A DNA stretch of 33,930 bases from Jimgerdemannia flammicorona (lineage: Eukaryota): positions 1 through 33,930 of the forward strand of contig RBNJ01000292.1 of NCBI GenBank assembly GCA_003990765.1, written 5' to 3'. A program made the position numbers and the translations under genes. The notes beneath the pieces are model-generated. The model was not told where the DNA came from, searched no databases, and saw only the letters and a program-made list of their open reading frames with translations. Below are positions 23,408-33,930 of the stretch, one piece after another; positions within the stretch are counted from its first letter, which is position 1; each line of letters opens with the position of its first letter.

Positions 23408-26400
23408 TATAAGAGGGTTACTTTATTAGAATACTGTTATATAGTTCTGAAAGAGTTTTCTAGATATTCTGGATATTCTAGAAGACTGTTTTCTTTAGAT
23501 CAAAATCAATTTCATATAGAGTACATCCTCTATACTTATTGATTTCAAGAATAGATTAATGTCTCAACCAAAGTCCTTTTTTGGACTAGTTCTGGATGTT
23601 TAGGATTTTCTATATTTTAGAAAGTTCAAAAAACTAAGACTAGCTTAGTTGAATTGGTATATTGTTGTAGATAATACCTAATTAGAAAATTTTAAGATCT
23701 GATTAAAGTGAGACCTAATAGAGTATAGATTTACTTAAGAGTGGTTTGTGGGTTATTAAATAGATTTATTTACTATTTATGATATTGCTATACTAGAAGT
23801 AGTATATGAAGAGATATTTATATAGAGAAGTATTCTTAAGTTGTTCTTATCTGTTTAAGTCTGTTTATGTCTATTTAAGTCTAAGTTTCTAAGATCTGGG
23901 GAAATAGATATTTATACTAATGAGAGACTATCTGGACTATACTAAATGTAGATATAGTACTTAGTACTTTGATAAGTCAGAATATAGTTATATAGTATAA
24001 GTTGTAAACTAACATATTAAGAGATTGTCTAACTACTGAGTCAGTATATAGTCATATAGTATAAGGCTAATATAACTATACTAATAACTGCTAAGCTATC
24101 TACATATTTAGATACTATCTAGGTATTCTTCAATAAGGTTACTATTAATAACATTATCTCTGATAAAGTAGTTATCTAGGAAGAGTAGTTCTTGGATTAT
24201 ATCTCTCTGTTTATTTATTATAAGCACACAACCTCCAAGCCACCAAAATTGCATGGTATCCTCAGAACTAATTCAGAAACCACATGCGAGACTACAAAAC
24301 AAGAGATCATCTGGTTACACGAAATATGCCAGCAAGCATGAGAACCCACCACCAAGATACAAAAATACTAGAAGAAGTACTACAACCATAAGACGGACTC
24401 TGAACTGTTATAACTAGTTTGGTGTACTGTACTATTACAAAAGAAACTGAAAGTACCAAACTCAAATCAAGATAAGAAGAACCCTATCTCACCCATCAAA
24501 AGGTTCACAAACTGCACTTATCAACCCAAGACTAAGATATACCATGACTATACAAGACCTCATTACTTAGCAGAAGCAAAATGCATTTGAACAACTCCAT
24601 TCGCTTTATCTATGTCACCTCCGTTGGAGAGTGATGGATACTTTATCTGAACTCAAGAAAGCCAACAATGTTGAAACCAATCTCAAGCCATCCATGTGAC
24701 AGATATTACTACTAGAAATTGCCTTGAATTACAGAAAATATCATTTCCGAGAGGTTTGAACCCCCAGCCGTGACATTAGGAGTCCTCACCCTAGATGAGA
24801 ATGGCCAGTCCTCACAAATGCGCCAGCAGACCAAAAAAAAAAGAGAACCAAGATCTGTTATCCTTGTACAACCACCGCCACTAAGGACAGCCTTAATCTT
24901 GCAAGAGATAGAAGTGATGATACCTTGAAACTGATGAGGTCAGAAGTCAGAAAACTGCTCAGACTTTGCCAGTGATGATGTCATCAATAGTGATATCATC
25001 AAGGACTAACCAGACAGTGCCTAAATCTATAAATAGTCTAGCAGTCATAGCATAGTTAGATTAGCCTTGTACGATATAACTGTGAACTGACTCAGCAATC
25101 AGATGATCTCTTGACATATCAGATCACACTTATACTACGTGACTGCATTCCGACTCAGCAAGACACTTAGTGCTACATCCATATTCAGCATAGTCCAGAT
25201 AGCCCCTCACTAGTATAAATACCCCCTCCCCCAGACCTCAGAATCTCAGACTTGAACAATCCGAACACAACTCTTGAGCACTTCCCCACAATATTCCTTC
25301 ACACAAATACTCCTAGTATAGCAATATCATGAATAGCGAATAAACCTATTTAATAATCCACAAATCACTCTTAAGTAAATCCACTCCCTGTTAGGTCTTA
25401 CTCCTAACTCCATCACGAAATTTCCTAATTGGGTATTGTCTGCAGCGATACGCCAATTCAACTAAGCTGGTCTTAGTATCTTGAACTTCCTGAAATACAG
25501 AAAATCCCGAATATCCAGAACTAGTCCGAAAAAGGGACTTTGGTTGAGATGTCAACCCGATCTTGAAATCAATAAGTGTAGAGGATATACTCCATACAAA
25601 ATTGATCTTGACCATAAGAAAACGGTCTTCCAGAATATCTAGAACTTCCAGAAAACCTTCTAGAACTACGTAATGGCTACCCTAAAAAGTAACCCTCTTA
25701 CATTTATATAATAATAGATTGAAACTATATTATCATTCTATAGAATAGCATCATCTGTCTTATATACTAGATAGGGTGTTAGTGAGTAGAGAAGGGATAC
25801 ATTATCTTTACTTTCATCAGATTTGCTATTAGTATATCTTTGATATATTATAGTACTATATATTATAAGATTATAGTATACTGGTAGCTATGGTTTATTT
25901 TATTCATAGTTAAGAGATGGGGTTGTTGGTTCAATCTCAAGAGTTGTCTAGAGATATAGGTTATATTCTTTGATCTCTTCATTATAGTTGAAGTGATTAG
26001 TATAAATATAGATTAGTATTCATGCCAGTGGTCATTATCCTAATAGGTCTCATAGGTAATTATAAACTATTATAAGTTCATCTGCTTTGTTATTATCAAA
26101 CTAGATTATATTATAGATATTCTTTATTATATATCTAACTTGGGGTATTTGTAGAATATAATCATTAGAGTATAGAAAGAGTCTATCTGTAGTTTGGGCA
26201 TACTTGATATACTTGTGATTGAGTTCTTATACCATATTATCAATTTGTCTATAGGACAGAATAACAACTATTTCAATAGTAGTAACTCAGAGATAGGGAA
26301 TAAAGATACTATACTCATAGAAGAGTTCTTAGAGTTTACAGGTGATGAGTTTCTAGTATTGAGACATTTCAGTAATATCTGTATTATAGTGATAGCTAAC

Positions 26401-26497
26401 TATATCTTCCAGGAGATAGCTGATCTAATAGTAGCTTAAGATTTATCCAATTCAGTAGGCCTCACTAAGTATGTTCAGAATATTCTATTGAGCTTCT

Positions 26498-26537
<40 letters not shown>

Positions 26538-26935
26538 GTTCTATCAAGCTTTTATAAAATAAAGAAGTGCTAGACTATAGATATTCATGAGAAGCAGGAG
26601 AGCTGTGGCTCAGTTGATAATGACATTTCAAATATCAGTATAGATATAGTTATAGATTTCAGTAGTTATGTTTGGTATATGTTTGAGAGTTATAGTTGTT
26701 TATTTAGTTTATTGTAGTTCTCTATTTTAATATACCTATATATTTAGTATATATGTTTTTAGTTCTGATTAGTAAGATTTTATTTTTGTAAATCTTATAT
26801 TTTGTGACTTCAAGTTAACTTAGCTTCATAATCTGTGACTTTAGTTTGACTCAGCTTTATAATCTTACATATGGTTTCTAAATTTATTCTGAGGATAACA
26901 GGTGATTTCAGTAGCTTAGAGGTTGTATACTTATA
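23408..26935 (-). repeat. 3' LTR of element D (~2.04 kb after removing the nested solo LTR)
   Basis: The minus-strand start TATAAGTATACAACCTCTAAGC at 26935 follows the PPT AGAAGAGAAGAGT and matches the solo-LTR start; 23408-23915 matches 33369-33885. Confidence 0.8.
24219..25702 (+). mobile_element. solo LTR (1484 bp) of a family related to D, inserted inverted in D's 3' LTR
   Basis: TATAAG (decayed TGTAAG)...CTTACA termini; 5-bp TSD TTTAT at 24214-24218 and 25703-25707; TATAAATA near 25214 and AATAAA near 25339. Confidence 0.88.
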
Positions 26936-27370
26936 ACTCTTCTCTTCTTAGCTTTTGATATCTTTATTGAGATCTTCTAATTTGGTCTAATATTGTTATA
27001 TCATTTGGATGGTCAAAAGTCTGGTAATATCTATTTTTTTCAGAAAGTAGCATACTTATAGTATAGTTGTCTAATATGTTGGATTTATATATTAAAGGGT
27101 CATATATTCAATACTATATACTAGAAGTAATTCTGATATTATTCACTACTGGAGAATTTTCTTTAAGAAATCTTTTTAAATATCTATATCTCATTTCTCA
27201 CTAGTAGTATAGAGAGAATAGACTGGCTTTCAGTTTTGCTATTTTTTTAGAGAGTTAGTATTTCTTTTGTCTTAACTTACTGAGTTCTTAATTTATTCAT
27301 AAGTACTTTTAATAATATTTGGAAGGAGTAATATATAGTATAGAGCTAATAGGTATTAGAGTATTCAGGT

Positions 27371-27535
27371 TTAGTTATTCAAGGAATTATATTCTTAAAC
27401 TAAGTCAGTGGTATTCTGGAGGTTGGTTTTGGATTTCTATGTTATATTATGGATCAGATAATCTTTCTATTTGATAAGGTATTCTGGATAATTCTTATGA
27501 CTACATTTGTTCAACTTCATATTCTTCCTGGTCAT
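27371..27535 (-). pseudogene. chromodomain at the integrase C-terminus of D
   Basis: DQEEYEVEQ...EYLIK*KDY...T*KSKTNL matches EYEVE..YL.KW.GY....TWEP..NL, with W codons turned to TAG and a small indel. Confidence 0.85.
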
Positions 27536-30500
27536 TAATGATAACAGGTACTAGTGGTTTTGTAATTTGATTTGGGAATAGCTTATCATTATTTTTGTTA
27601 TATTGCTTGAGATATTGAACATGAAGACAGTGTAAATCTTGATGGTATCTGATAATATCAATTTGTAGAAAGTTGGAAAAACTTATATAATAACTTCAAA
27701 TGGTCTAATAAATTTGCAATTCAGCTTTGTAGAGAGTCTGTACTTGAGGTTGTCAACTCAGTATCCTTGAATATCTAGTAGAACTTTTTCTCTAATATCA
27801 AAGTTTCTTCTCAGTAGTACTGGTTGATATACTATGATTATTGCTTCTGAGCTTACAATAAATTCTTAATTGTAATCTGGCTTAAGTTGTATATTTGGAA
27901 CAGAAATTCTTCAATAGCTTCTACAGTAAAGAGTTTATCAGTAGTTTAGATAAGTATTAGAAGAGTGTGTAGATTTTGTCCTATATTGGCAAAGAATAGA
28001 ATTATTCCAAGAGAGGCTTATTTGCTATTATTATAGATAAACTCAACTGCAGTAAGATATTTATATCAATTATCTTATCTATAGAAAACATAGCTCTTTA
28101 GTATTTGCTCTAAAGTTTGATTTATCCTTTTAGTTTAGTTATTAGTTTTGGGGTAAAAGACTATAAATAGACATTAATTACTAACAATGATCTTGGAAAG
28201 ATCATAATAGTAGAAGATATTATCAAATAAGAGTATAGTGATTTCTGATACTATTGTAGTTGTAGCAGTAGATATGAAGTGGACTTATTTGCCAAAATAG
28301 TCTATAAAGATAATAATTGCATCTTTTCTATTCTTGGTTCAGAGTAGTTGTATAATAAAGTCTATAGAGATTTATTCCCAATTAGCAGATAGTAGAATAG
28401 GGTGAAGTAGGTCAGATTTTACTAATATTGAGAACTTATTGCATTAGTAGATATTATAAGAAGTGATGTGGGTCTTTAGCTAATCTGCTATATATGATCA
28501 ATAGAAGTTTTAGAAAATAACTTTATAATATTTGTCAAATTCTAAATATCTGACTATAGAGATATCATGACATTCAAATAAGATAGTTCTTTGGAGATCT
28601 AAATTATTAGGAATATATAATCTGTTCTTATTGTAGATATTATTGTCCTTTAGTTAGTATTAATGATACTGAGAGTATTTGTCAATATCATTATTACTTA
28701 GGATTTCTCAGGATTCTTAAGCTTCTTTATTATCAGTGTATGCTGTGATAATTTATTCTATATTTGAGTTGGTAACTAAGGTGAGAGTTTGTATAACTTC
28801 TTTGATTAGTGGTCTGAAAATTGTATCAGCAATAATATTTTTCTTACTGAGGCAGTATTGGATTTCATAGTCAAAATTGGTGAAGACTTTCATCTATCTG
28901 GCTTGTTTTCAAGAAAGGGTAGTCTGGATCTTAATACTGACTAATGATTTGTGATCTGTCAAAATAGTGAAGTATACTCCTTTAAAATATGGTTGCTATT
29001 TAATCAGAGTGTCTATGATGGCTAATATTTCCTTCTTATGGGTTGTATAGTTGATTTTGGTATCATTGAACTTATAAGAATGATAGGCCACAGAGTGTTC
29101 TTCTTGTATAAGTACTGTCCCAAGAGCTAGATCTGAGACATTAGTATAATAGGGCAGAATTTACCACTTGAAGTACTGGAGTAATTATCAAGATATCTTT
29201 TAGTACTTAAAAGACTGTATCTTATTTGAGTCTATAATTTATGAGATTGTTGAAGTCTTTTTCTTAGTTTGTAGTTCAGAGCTGTCCTTCTTTTTTTTAC
29301 AATACTTAGTCATTTGGATAAGGATAGTAGTAATCTTGGTGAAGTTTGTAACAAATCATCAGTAATAGTTTACTAGTCCCAAGAATGATTGGAGGTCTTT
29401 CAGCTTCTTAGATCTAGATCATTCCTTGATTATGGAGATTTTACTAGAGTTTACTTTAATTCTATTGAGAGTGATAATATGTCCAAAGAATTGAATTTTC
29501 TTTAGAAGAAATTTATACTTACTGAGTTTTATAAAGAGTTAATTTTCTTAAAACTTCAGTAGTACTAGTCCAAGATGTTTGAGATATTCCTCCAGGGTTT
29601 TACTGAAGACTAAAATATCATCAATATAGATAATAATATATTTGTCTAAATATGGATATAGAATAGTATTCATTAGTATCTAGAAGGTTGTAGAAGTATT
29701 AGTTAAGCCAAAAAGCATAACTAAGAACTTGAAATATCTATAGTAAGTTTGGAAGATAGTTTTGTAAATATCTTCTTCTTTTATGGTAATTTTCCAGTAG
29801 CTATTTCATAATTCAAAAGAGCTCATAAACTGTGGGTTGGTAAGTCTATCAAATATTTTATTGATTTGGGGTAGTGAGCAATAGTTCTTAATAGTCTGTT
29901 CATTGAGGTCTTAGTAGTCAATATATATTTATAGATCTTCTCCTTTCTTGACAACAAAGAGGACTGGTATACTATATAGTGATATACTAGGTCTAATGAA
30001 TTCTTGTTTTAGGAGTTTATTAATTTTCTTCTTGAGTATATTAATTTTTTTAAGAGATATGTAGTAGATTGACTTGAAGGCTAGCCCAGTATCCGGGATA
30101 GTCTTGATAGTATAGTCAACTACTTATTTATATAGTAGACCTTTTAGAAGTTTCTTTGGAAATATATTTCAGAATTTCTGAAGTAAGAATCTAACATAGC
30201 TATCAACTTGAAAAAGTCTTCTTCAAGGTTCTTAGGTTCTTCTTTAGATAGATTCATATATAGAGATAGCAAAGAGAGGATATTTCTTAGCTAATTTCTT
30301 AAGTTGTAGTTTATAGATATGAGGTCTGGGTCACTAGAACTAAGTGAGTCTCTTTTGTCTTATAGTTTGAAATTGTGACATCCTTTCTTAATAGTCAGAA
30401 AATAATTTATTCAATCAATCATAGAGTTCTCTTATTTTAATCATGGAGTCCTAAGGATGATCTCATTGTTAGAAAGTAGTATAATTTGGAGTATAATACA

Positions 30501-30945
30501 TATATACTCAGTAGTCACTGCTTCAGAAGGATAGATTGTAGACTTCTTTGCTAATAACATGAGAGGTTCTATTAACTATAGTATATAACAGCTTAAGTCT
30601 ATTGTACTGGAGAGATCAGGACCTTGAGTCTATTGGCTATTTCTTCATTGATGAAGTTACCTAAGATACCACTGTCTATCATAATCTTGACAGATACTTG
30701 ATTAACAAAAACTTGGAGGATAAGCAGTTTGTCTGATCCAATAGTGGTAACTTCAGTTATAGGAGATTTCCTTCTATTGGTTCTCCTTTGGGCCAGTTCA
30801 TTGATATAAAAAAAGTAATTGTCAATTATTTGAGAAGAGTATATTTTAATATTATGGGGGTATTAGCCACTTGGTACAAATCCATCTCCAATTTTCTTAT
30901 AGAATTGTTCTTTCTTATTTGTAGTAGGTTATACTGAGGATTTTT

Positions 30946-31357
30946 TTAATAAGCCAAATCTTTATAATTCTCAAATAGTAGGCAGTAGTTCAGAAACTTC
31001 CTTAGCTGTCAGAGTTAACTCAATTTTCTCAAATAAGATCTGTGTGATACAAAAACCAATAGAGATCTTGAATGGTGTCTAGCTATAGTTTTGGATGAGG
31101 ACAATGATTTTATCTGTATAATTTTCATCAATGATTTCTCCTTCTACTGAGAGTTATTTTAATACTAGGCTGCTGTAACAGTATATTCTTCTAATATATC
31201 CTTCAGAAATTTGAATATTGATTCCCATATAGACTTGCTTAACTTCTTGATTAGAAACTATAGCTTTTTCAACTATATATAAATCATATTAAGCTGTTTT
31301 TTGGCTTTCTTTAGTTGGAGCTATAGCAGTTATTCTCAGCTTAACAAAGTCTAATAT
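30946..31357 (-). pseudogene. dut: dUTPase domain of element D, between the Gag zinc knuckle and protease (absent from the ORF track)
   Basis: LDFVKLRITAIAPTKESQKTA*YDLY...GINIQISEGYIRRIYCYSSLVLK*LSVEGEIIDENYTDKIIVLIQNYS*TPFKISIGFCITQILFEKI...TI*EL*RFGLL; all five motifs in order, no frameshift. Confidence 0.88.
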
Positions 31358-33368
31358 CTTAATAGTCAGATTGTTGAGGTGATGCAGAGTAGTAATAGTT
31401 ATTCATATTGCTATTTAAGGTTTTTAGTTGGGGCAGACACTAGCTATATGTCTTGTCTTTTAACAATAGAAGCATACTCTGCTTCTTCAGAGTTCATTTC
31501 TTTCTCCTTTGGTAAGTTTCTTGAAGATACTCAGCTGAGTGGGTTCAGGATTTCAGAGTATCTAAGAGATGAATGTGGAGAAAGCTTGGGATACTTTATA
31601 TTTGGATTCTTCTTTCTTAGTTCTTATTGTTGAATTGTTTTTAAGGTAAAATTGGTCTAGCTATCAGAATTCACTTGATCATAGTCTTGATTCTTGCTAA
31701 GTAGCATTGTTAGTGATCACAATCAGCTAGGTATCCTTGTTCTCAGATATTTCTTATGAGCTATTCTGGTAGCATATCAAATAAATGATCTGCTCTTATA
31801 CTATTTCATACTTCATCATTGGCAATATATTCTAGGCCAATAGTATTCAAGAGTAACTCAAGTTTTGTACAAAAGGTTTCAAATTCCTTCTTACTATATA
31901 TATATATATCAAATTTGAGATTGTGGAGTTTTACTTAAGATTTAGCAATCAAAGTTTTACTATGATATTGAGCAATTGTAAGTTATTTAAGTCCAGGGGC
32001 TATAGAGTGATCTCTATACTCAGAGATATTATTTGCTATATTTTAGGTAATAACTATATGTCAAATATCTTATATGAGAGGTTTTTTTAGAAAGGATTTA
32101 CCACTATTCTTCAGTAGATTCTTAGAAGAATATAATAACTCAACAGATATACATAGGCTATAGTAGTAGTAAAAAGTTGTTTGATAGTGTAGTCTTGATT
32201 ATTTATCAGAAAGTAGTTAGCCACTCATTTGTTGGTCTATTGGTTGGCTTTGAAATTGATATCAATTATACTAATGAAGCTTTGGACTTCTTGTATAGTA
32301 CTATTGAAGATAGGTAGGCTCAGACTTTTTGTTGATTGGATCTATTCAGCTAAGGTAGTAATGGTTGCTGTTATTATAGTTATCTGGGTAGTAAGATCTA
32401 AATTTGTTAGTTTGTCATATTTATTAGAGATAGTTAGACTACTGATAGTGGGGTTACTGGTACAACTTGAGATACTGATATAGTGTGTTATAGTGTTTTT
32501 TGAGTCTGTGTGAGTTGCTAGAGTAATTATTGTAGATCTGGTATAAAGGCTTGATAAATAACTATCTATTGCTCTATAGGTGTATTTTGTCCTAAGGGAG
32601 ATATATCTCCTATAATAGTATATTTGGAATTGAATTCAGTAAGATATACCTCCTTCTCTTTACTTTGATCTCTATATAGTTGAGTTTATTTAGTATTGAA
32701 GTAGATAGTATTAGTTATATATCTGATTTCAGATGAGCTTAATTCAAAAGCTGGTTCAGGTTCAACATTGGCTTCAGATTCAAATAACTGGGCCTGCTTT
32801 CAGTTCAGAATCAGATTATTAATAAAGGGTTACCCTGACTTCTTCCTTAAGAATATAGTGGACCTTGTAATTCTAAAAATAGTAATATAAGACAGTCTTG
32901 GTCTTAGTTTAGTAATAGTTAGTAGAGTTGAGCCACTTAACTATAGAGACTTGTGTTTTGTAAGAAATTAAGACTAGAAAGACAGCTACTAGTTGTCCTA
33001 AGTTACTCGAGTTTATAAAGCTAACAAAACTCTTATTGAGAAGAGTAAAGAAGACTTCTATAAAACCTTCTTCATTTTGACTTATGAAGTGTAGAGTAAG
33101 AAGTTCAGTTTATAGAGTTTTGTCTATCTGCTGATTTAATTGAAGTACTTTTTTTTGTAAATAAAGTCTGTCTCACTTATTACAGATATGGAGATCAAAT
33201 TGTCCTTGTACATTAGGTTCAATTTACTTCAGATTATCAGATAGTTTAAAATAAATTTCAGTTCAAAGATTAGGCTTTATACTAACTTGTAGAAATTTCT
33301 TATAAGGTTTATAGCAGAGTGAGAAAGTATTTTGAAGCAAAATTAGATTATAACTACTGCTATCAAGT

Positions 33369-33885
33369 TGTAAGAGAGTTACTTTATTAGAGTACTATTA
33401 TATAGTTCTAGAAGGGTTTTCTGGAAGTTCTGGATGTTCTGGATTTTCTGAAAGACTGTTTTCTTTAGGTTAAGATCAATTTTATATAGAGTATATCCTC
33501 TATATTTATTGATTTTAAGAATAAGTTGATATCTTAACAAAAGTTCTTTTTTAGACTAGTTCTGAATATTTAGGATTTTCTATATTTCAGAAAGTTTAAA
33601 AAACTAAGACTAGCTTAGTTAAATTGTCATATTGCTGCAGACAATCCCAATTAGGAAATTTCAGAATCTGGTTAAGAGTGGGACCTAATAGGGTGCAGAT
33701 TTACTTAAGAGTGATTTGTAAATTATTAAATAGATTTATTTATTATTTATAATATTGCTATACTAGGAGTAGTATGTAAAGAGATATTTGTATAGAAAAG
33801 TATTTTTGAGTTAATCTTGTCTGTTTGAGTCTGTTCATATCTGTTTGAGTCTGAGTTTCTAAGATCTGGAGAAGTAGGTATTTAT
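33369..33885 (-). repeat. 5' LTR of element D (U5, R and TATA part only)
   Basis: Matches 23408-23915; similarity stops abruptly within the TATA box. Confidence 0.85.
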
Positions 33886-33930
33886 TCCTTCATTAGTATT
33901 GAAATGCAGCCAAATTTGGCTACAAAAAAA
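33886..33930 (+). other. short foreign segment ending in poly(A); possible truncated retroposon insertion
   Basis: Not homologous to the corresponding part of the other LTR copies; a 14-bp palindrome is followed by an A-run at the window end. Confidence 0.4.

Larger units (their letters stand above)
27371..32800 (-). pseudogene. element D gag-pol (start approximate)
   Basis: LPIFNSTIQEVQSF (capsid); PEPTQL..KKLTKGER...CFYC*KTRHIASVCP (~31430-31545); MIDSG (~30670); YIDD (29617-29628); TNVSDLALG and TDHKSL (RNase H); ISIDFI (IN); KFIRPF (GPF). Confidence 0.88.
23408..33885 (-). mobile_element. Ty3/Gypsy chromovirus D, heavily decayed; 5' LTR incomplete in the window
   Basis: LTR ends at 23408 and 33369 match; PBS TGATAGCAGTAG (33365-33354, iMet-like TGGTAGCAG); PPT at 26936-26949; gag-dUT-PR-RT-RH-IN-chromodomain. 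Confidence 0.9.

Noticed and set aside
24410..24500. TKLKSR*EEPYL resembling an integrase GPY/F motif
   Set aside because: It lies inside a TSD-bounded solo LTR with no other convincing integrase motif; likely chance.
25627..25667. TTCnnGAA repeats resembling heat-shock elements near the LTR end
   Set aside because: The spacing is 9 bp rather than the 10-bp nGAAn-pair period, and they lie downstream of the TATA box and poly(A) signal; treated as a short variable tandem repeat.
26500..26533. T34 run as the tail of a separate retroposon
   Set aside because: No TSD or clear element body found; more simply an expanded homopolymer within D's LTR.
26950..27370. Possible ORF3 between D's chromodomain and PPT
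   Set aside because: Stop density is compatible with random AT-rich DNA, and there is no second copy for comparison.

Overview
This window has no host gene. It is a eukaryotic nest of retroelements degraded mainly by C>T/G>A transitions; a fungal host is my inference. From left to right: (1) Ty3/Gypsy element A (+, 1331-12139; 486-bp LTRs; CTAT TSD) has a full-length L1/Tx1-clade LINE in its gag (2237-8233; 17-bp TSD) and has lost RNase H and integrase in a ~1.95-kb deletion. (2) The 3' end of a minus-strand poly(A) retroposon occupies 12802-13697. (3) A decayed Ty1/Copia element starts at 13698. (4) Element B (-, 16070-22778), a complete relative of A, splits the Copia integrase. (5) Chromovirus D (-, 23408 to ~33885) also sits in the Copia, and its 3' LTR holds an inverted 1484-bp solo LTR of a related family. 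Main finding: the two distinct Gypsy lineages (A/B and D) each encode a dUTPase next to the same small YKKI..P.G.CPH.IKIY..DCxxC putative Zn motif, but in different order (PR-Zn-dUT-RT versus Gag-dUT-Zn-PR). A/B also carry an unrecognised ~174-aa third ORF after integrase that ends inside the 3' LTR. All translations and alignments were done by eye, so internal domain boundaries are approximate.
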